Shown one piece after another: positions 58,636 to 64,000 of a DNA stretch of 64,000 nt. Numbering within the stretch: position 1 is the stretch's first letter; every line of letters begins with the position of its first letter. Source of the stretch: Leucoraja ocellata (Eukaryota); the NCBI GenBank assembly GCA_036785375.1, contig JAWMAR010000731.1, positions 496,001-560,000 on the forward strand, read 5' to 3'. Under the pieces are notes generated by a model. It did not search any database. It was given only the letters and a program-made list of their open reading frames with translations, and was not told the DNA's origin. Position numbers and translations under genes: made by a program.

Positions 58636-59374
58636 AGCATGGTTGATTTTCTATCCAGCTCCATGTTGCTGCATTATTCATGTATCCCTTGATTTCTTTA
58701 ATAACCAGAAAACCTTTTGATATTTGTTTTGAATGAAATCAGTCGCTCTCACCAGAGCCTCAAGGATAGAGAAATCCAAAAATACATCACCCTCCACTTG
58801 AAATAGGTTTTCATGACTAAATCCTCGAGAACATATTTTTTATTTTGACATTGTAATCCCCAGTTCTAGACTCAGAAGAGTGTAATCCACAGTTCCAGGC
58901 TTCTCAGGCAGGGGAAACAGTCTCCTATCATCAACCCTGTGGGGCCTATACTGTACACTGACAATGACATTAAAGTTGAATCTGAATCTGAATCTGTAAG
59001 AATTTTGAAAGATTCAACACTTCTTATTCTTTTAAACTCTAGAAAATACAGATCTTCACAATACATTTACTTATGGCTTATCCCCTACCATAGAGACCAT
59101 TCACATAGAGAATTTCACTGTGCCTTGTCGCATGTGACAATAAAGTATTCCATTCCATTCCATTCTTGTGAAACTTTGTTGAAATACCCCTAGAGTAAGT
59201 GTTTCATTTATAAATTAATGAGACCAAAACTTTACACAAACACTCTCATACATGGACATCTCACCCCCATTGAACATCAACATCTCCCAATTTGGCAACA
59301 TTTAAAAATATTCTGTTTTTTTTCCTACAATGACTTCACATTTTTCTTCATTATATTCTCTCTGCCAGGTTCAT

Positions 59375-59740
59375 AACTTCATAAGTTCTAGGAGCTGAAA
59401 TAGGCCATTCGGCCCATCAAGAGATCATTCTGGATTGACCATTCTCAACTAATCCTTGATTAGCACAGGCATCAGAGGTTATGGGGAGAAGGCAGGAGAA
59501 TGGGATTAGGAGGGAGAGATAGATCAGCCATGATTGAATGTCGGAGTAGTCTTGATGGGCTGAATGGCCCAATACTGCACCTATCTCTTATGGCCATGTG
59601 ACCTTATGAAGTCTACTCTGCCATTTAATCATGGCTGATCTATCTTTTCCTCTCAACCACATCCTCCTGCCATCTCCCATAACCCCTGAAACCCATACGA
59701 ATCAAGAATCTGCCAATCTCTGCCTTAAAAACATCCAGCT
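59375..59740. mobile_element. Two CR1 3' tails nested in opposite orientation
   Basis: A plus-strand tail at about 59425-59608 interrupts a minus-strand tail between ...cggcccatcaag and ...tctactctgcc. Confidence 0.75.
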
Positions 59741-60024
59741 CTTGATAAAGAGCTGTGACCTTCCCCGTTCTTTACCAAAAAAACCCTCATGATCATCACC
59801 TGAGGGGGCAAGTAAAACCTTGACTTGACATCTCAATTGAAATATGGACCCTCCATCAGTTATAGAGGTATGGTGGCACATAGTACAGAGACAGGGCCTT
59901 CAGACCATCATGCCCATGCCAACTATCAAGTACCCATCTTTACTAGTCCCACTTACCAGCACTTGGTTCATATCCTTCTAAGCCTTGGTGTTTCAAATAC
60001 TCATCCTGATAGTTATTACTGGTA

Positions 60025-60335
60025 AGTGTTTAGTTTAGAGATACAGCGCAGAAACAGTTCCCCTCGGCCCACTGTCCACTCTGATCAGCAATCCCCGCAC
60101 ACTTACACTATCCTACACACACTAAGGACAATTTTACATTTATACCAAGCCAATTAACCTACAAACCTCTACGTCTTTGGAGTGCAGGAGGAAACCAAAG
60201 ATCTTGAAGAAGACCCAAGCAGGTCACGTGGAGAAGGTACAAACTCCATACAGCCAAGCGCGATCAGTCAGGATCGAACCCAGGTCCCTGGCGCTGTAAG
60301 GCAGTAGCTTTACCACTGTGCCACCATGCCACCCC
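60025..60335 (-). mobile_element. HE1-type tRNA-derived SINE, near full length
   Basis: The minus strand has A box TGGCACAGTGG, B box GGTTCGATCC and a CR1-like 3' tail ending ctaaactaaac. Confidence 0.85.
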
Positions 60336-61486
60336 TATGTTATGAGAGTGCCAGATTCCACCAGTTAGATTGGGACAGTTGGGAACAGGCTACTTTTTTA
60401 GAACTGCCTAAGAAATTGGCCAGAAGAAAGAAAACAATTGCTGCATTACAGGGTTATGTTGAGGGAGAGAGAAGTGTAGGATGTATTTTGGAGCTAGCAT
60501 GACTTATGTTTCCATATCTTGGATTTATAAATGTGGTCTACTTGACCAGATGCAACAAGAAGATGAATCAAAAATGATGTTACACAGTGACTTAGTTAAA
60601 CAAACATATAATGAAATATTAGATTTCACAAGGCTGAATATGAATTCAAGTGGATTCAAGTTCCAAGAGATAAAACAGAGAGTTCAGGCAGAAAAAAAAA
60701 ATCCATCATTTTTCATTGTCTCTGTTAGATCTTCCTGCCATATTAATTGAGGTCAGTTTCTACTCTAGCGAAACTCAGCAGGAAAGGCACATCAATTGGT
60801 AGATTTGGGATTATTTCAACTTCAAGCATCGATTTTCCAATCTAAATTATACTGGAGTAACAAACCGTTTCCTTTCCTTCTCTGCTGACAAAGTGAAATG
60901 AGATGCACTTATGCACCATTTGCGGCTGCACTTTACCAATTTTGCAAATCATAGAGCTTGATTACGAGCTACTAAAACAGATTTACTAGTCAACTGGCCT
61001 TCCATGAAAAAAAAATCACATTAAAGAGCATGCTTTTAAAATATCTTTTGCTTCTTTTCCTGCTCCTTCACAGCACAGGCTGAATGTGAAAATGATTAAT
61101 CCCAACATCCATTGCATTTATGGATATTGACACTGACATTATTTGCATTGATGCAGAGCTTGGCTACCCAATCTGAGCCTGGCAGAAACAGACCATGCAT
61201 CAGATTTGGGTAGGGTTGGGTGTGAATGCTGACAAAATGTTCAGCTTCAGGTCAGTTGCAACCCACCAACCAGGTCTTTTGCCTGATAGAATGAGAAACT
61301 GAAGCAACCATGTGTATCTCTTTACTTGCCTGCTCTGTCACAGTAAAATCATGGCTAGTTTTTTAAAACTGTGCCACATCCCTGCACTAACTTCATTAAA
61401 TGTTGGTCTCTGTTTTCACTGAAAAAAAATTCATATTTTAGTTCTGAATTGCCAACACCTTACTTTGAAAACTGCAAAATATATTC

Positions 61487-61684
61487 ATAGAAACATAGAG
61501 AATAGGTGCAGGAATAGGCCATTCGGCCCTTCGAGCCTGCACTGCCATTCAATATGATCATGGCTGATCATCCAACTCAGTATCCTGTACCTGCCTTCTC
61601 TCCATATCCCTGATCCCTTTAGCCACAAGGGCCACATCTAACTCCCTCTTAAATATAGCCAATGAACTGGCCTTAACTACCTTC
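61487..61684 (-). mobile_element. CR1/HER1 LINE 3' tail
   Basis: Reverse complement of the tail at 28270-28460. Confidence 0.8.
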
Positions 61685-62380
61685 AACATGAACCTGTCTT
61701 CATTGATGGGTTGGCTGTGGAGAGGGTGAACAATTTCAACTTTCTGGATGTACATGCCTTTGAAGGTCTGTCCTATGCCCAACACATTGATGCAATCGTA
61801 AAAAAAGCCCATTGGCTTTCCTTAGAAAACTGAGGTGATTCGGTGTGTCAATGAACATTCTCTTCAATATCTATAGGTGCACAGTAGAGTGTATATTAAT
61901 TGGTTATATCATGGCATAGTTCAGTAACTTGAACATCTAGGAAGGAAGGAGATTACAAAAGGTGGTGGACACTGCCCAGTTCATCACTGGTATTGAATAC
62001 CCCACATAGAAGGGATCTATAGGAGGCGATGCCTCGAAAAGTCAGCAGCCTCATTAAAGACCCACAGCACATGGCCACACTTTCATTGCATTCCTTTCTG
62101 TCCAGAAGAAGGAACAGGAGCATGAAAACCATGATCATCAAGTTCAGGAATAACTTCTTCCCAACAACCATCAAGCTCTTGAACACTACACACACTAACC
62201 AATGAACTATTGTTGCACTAAGGACTTTGGGATTATTTTGGTACAAGAACTGGTATTATGAATTAAGATTGTTTTTGTTATTATGTATTATCTATGTGTA
62301 TTGTGTCATTGGTCTGTTAAGCTGCTGAATATCATTGTTCCATATGGCAATTAAAAACTGCTGACTCTCGACTCGTGACT
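61685..62380 (+). mobile_element. Rex1/Babar LINE 3' fragment
   Basis: Collinear with 13850-14530. Confidence 0.8.
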
Positions 62381-62549
62381 TATTGTAGCAAATGATACGG
62401 CAACTGACGGAGATCAAAAGTATTAGCCTGGAAGGCTCCTGAGGCTAAGACGCTGAGAGTGACTATGACAGTAACCCATATGGGTAAAGTTATATTTTAA
62501 ATCATGGGATCCGACATCTCAGTGAGATATAAAGAATGTAGTTTGAGTT

Positions 62550-62720
62550 GAAGATAGACACAAAATGCTGGAGTAACTCAGCGGGACAGGCAGCATCTCT
62601 GATGAGAAGGAATGGGTGACATTCTTCTCTCCAGAGATGCTGCGTGTCCCCCTGAGTTACTCCAGCATTTAGTGTCTATCTTTGATTTAAACCAGTATCT
62701 GCAGTTCTTTCCAACACAAT
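62550..62720. mobile_element. Penelope-derived palindromic insertion
   Basis: Inverted arms; flanked by aatgt(a/g)gtttgagt. Confidence 0.8.
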
Positions 62721-63454
62721 GTGGTTTGAGTAGTGGTCCTTTCAAAAATAAAATCTAATGGGGAAACGGCATCTTAAACACTTGCCAGTACTGTGAGTTA
62801 ATACAACTTCAGATTCTTTCCAGTGTGGCAAGGTTGAAAATCTATTTTTTGTAGATTCAGTGTTAGTACATTTGGGTTGTTTAATTCTGCCAAAATTCCG
62901 ATCTGGATCTGTATGCAAATTTACTCACCTCTGGTTTGAACTGAATATTTTTTTACTGAATCTCAACGGCACATCTTTTCTTTTCTGGAACTGAATAAAT
63001 GAACATCTAAGTCTCAAACTTTCAGGCTTTGAATGTAAAGTTGACTAGGGAAAGCTTCTTAATAGTCAAACCTCTCAGGATTGGTACTGAATCGCATTGT
63101 CATTTATCTGTTTGATTTTTATGAAATGCGTGCTGTCTGAGCAATGACTGCAGGGGCCGCAGTTGAGTTTGGAAGTTGGAGAACAGAGGAGGGAATGCAA
63201 TTAATCTACATAAAGTGCTATGACTCCCATTGCCATTTAGGTTAATGATCTACTGATGTTAATGTAATTTTCTTGCACAGATCTAACTACCTGAAACTGG
63301 TTCCATGAATGACTAATGACCTTGATCTGATTATATTTAAAAATAAATATTGCACCTGTAATTTGATCTGCTAATGTGGAAGGTACTACATTATTCAAAA
63401 GAGTGAAGAATGTTTAATTGTCACATTCATTGGGACCAATACAACATTTATTAA

Positions 63455-64000
63455 TGGATCCCTCACCTGCGTCTCTTCTCTGTCCTTAGTTCTGCTCTCA
63501 CTCCCTCTCTCCCTAGACGCAATAAGGATAGAGTTCCCGTAGTCCTCACCTTCCACCCCACCAGACACTGCATCCAACACATCATCCTGTGACATTTCCG
63601 TCACCTCCAACGTGATCCCACCACTAGTCACATCTTCCCATCTCCACCCTTTTCAACTTTCTGCAAAGACCGCTCCCTCAACATTTCTTTGGTTCATTCA
63701 TTCCTTCGCTCCCAAACCACACACTCCTCGGGCACTTTCCTCTACAACTGCAAGAGATGTAACACCTATCCTTAAACCTCCTCCTTCACCTCCATTTAGG
63801 GACCCCTGCAGTCCTTCCAGGTGAGACAGAGCTTCACATGCACCTCCTCTAACCACCTCCTCTTACTGCACTTGATGTTCCAAATGTGGGCTCCTGTACA
63901 TTAGCGAGATCAAGCGTAGACTTGGTGACCGCTTTGCCGAACACTTGCGCTTGGTCCACCAATGCCTACAGAATCTCCAGGATGTTAACTATTTTAACTC
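63455..64000 (+). mobile_element. Penelope-like element GIY-YIG fragment (runs off the right edge)
   Basis: Collinear with 36330-36850; CSKCGLLYISEIKRRLGDRFAEHL. Confidence 0.85.

Noticed and set aside
60270-60335. tRNA gene
   Set aside because: The A and B boxes belong to a SINE head continuous with the SINE body and tail.
62929-63044. Strong minus-strand donor gag|gtgagt with a short open frame upstream (possible upstream srrm3 exon)
   Set aside because: No similarity to cwf21 or other recalled SRRM3 exons, and the open frame needs a phase-0 acceptor that I cannot link to anything.

Overview
This is AT-rich vertebrate genomic DNA. The repeat content (HE1-type SINEs, CR1/HER1-type LINEs, Rex1/Babar LINEs, many Penelope-like elements) points to a cartilaginous fish, probably a skate or ray (inference). 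Almost all ORFs in the supplied track are spurious or are retroelement fragments. The one real gene is a multi-exon, minus-strand Ser/Arg-rich splicing factor that I identify as srrm3. Nine phase-compatible coding exons (51593-51735, 35172-35252, 32312-32380, 30235-30270, 26421-26471, 20730-20837, 18283-18502, 4219-4565, 1133-1387) give 1310 nt of open frame. The C-terminal eMIC exons should lie beyond the left edge, and I found no cwf21 exons in the window. Main points of interest: (1) the initiating exon encodes an SRRM4-type N-terminus (EKQLFEQFWRG...VATPRP) on an SRRM3-type body; (2) one conserved small exon has a CGG instead of CAG acceptor plus a duplicated donor that allows a compensating frameshifted exon; (3) the introns carry several UGC-marked candidate poison microexons and zero-length CAG|GTAAG sites, suggesting autoregulation; (4) about 20-25 Penelope-derived insertions, several with recognisable hammerhead-ribozyme cores and many arranged as palindromes. 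Protein comparisons are with human SRRM3/SRRM4 sequences recalled from memory, not database searches. Repeat boundaries are approximate.
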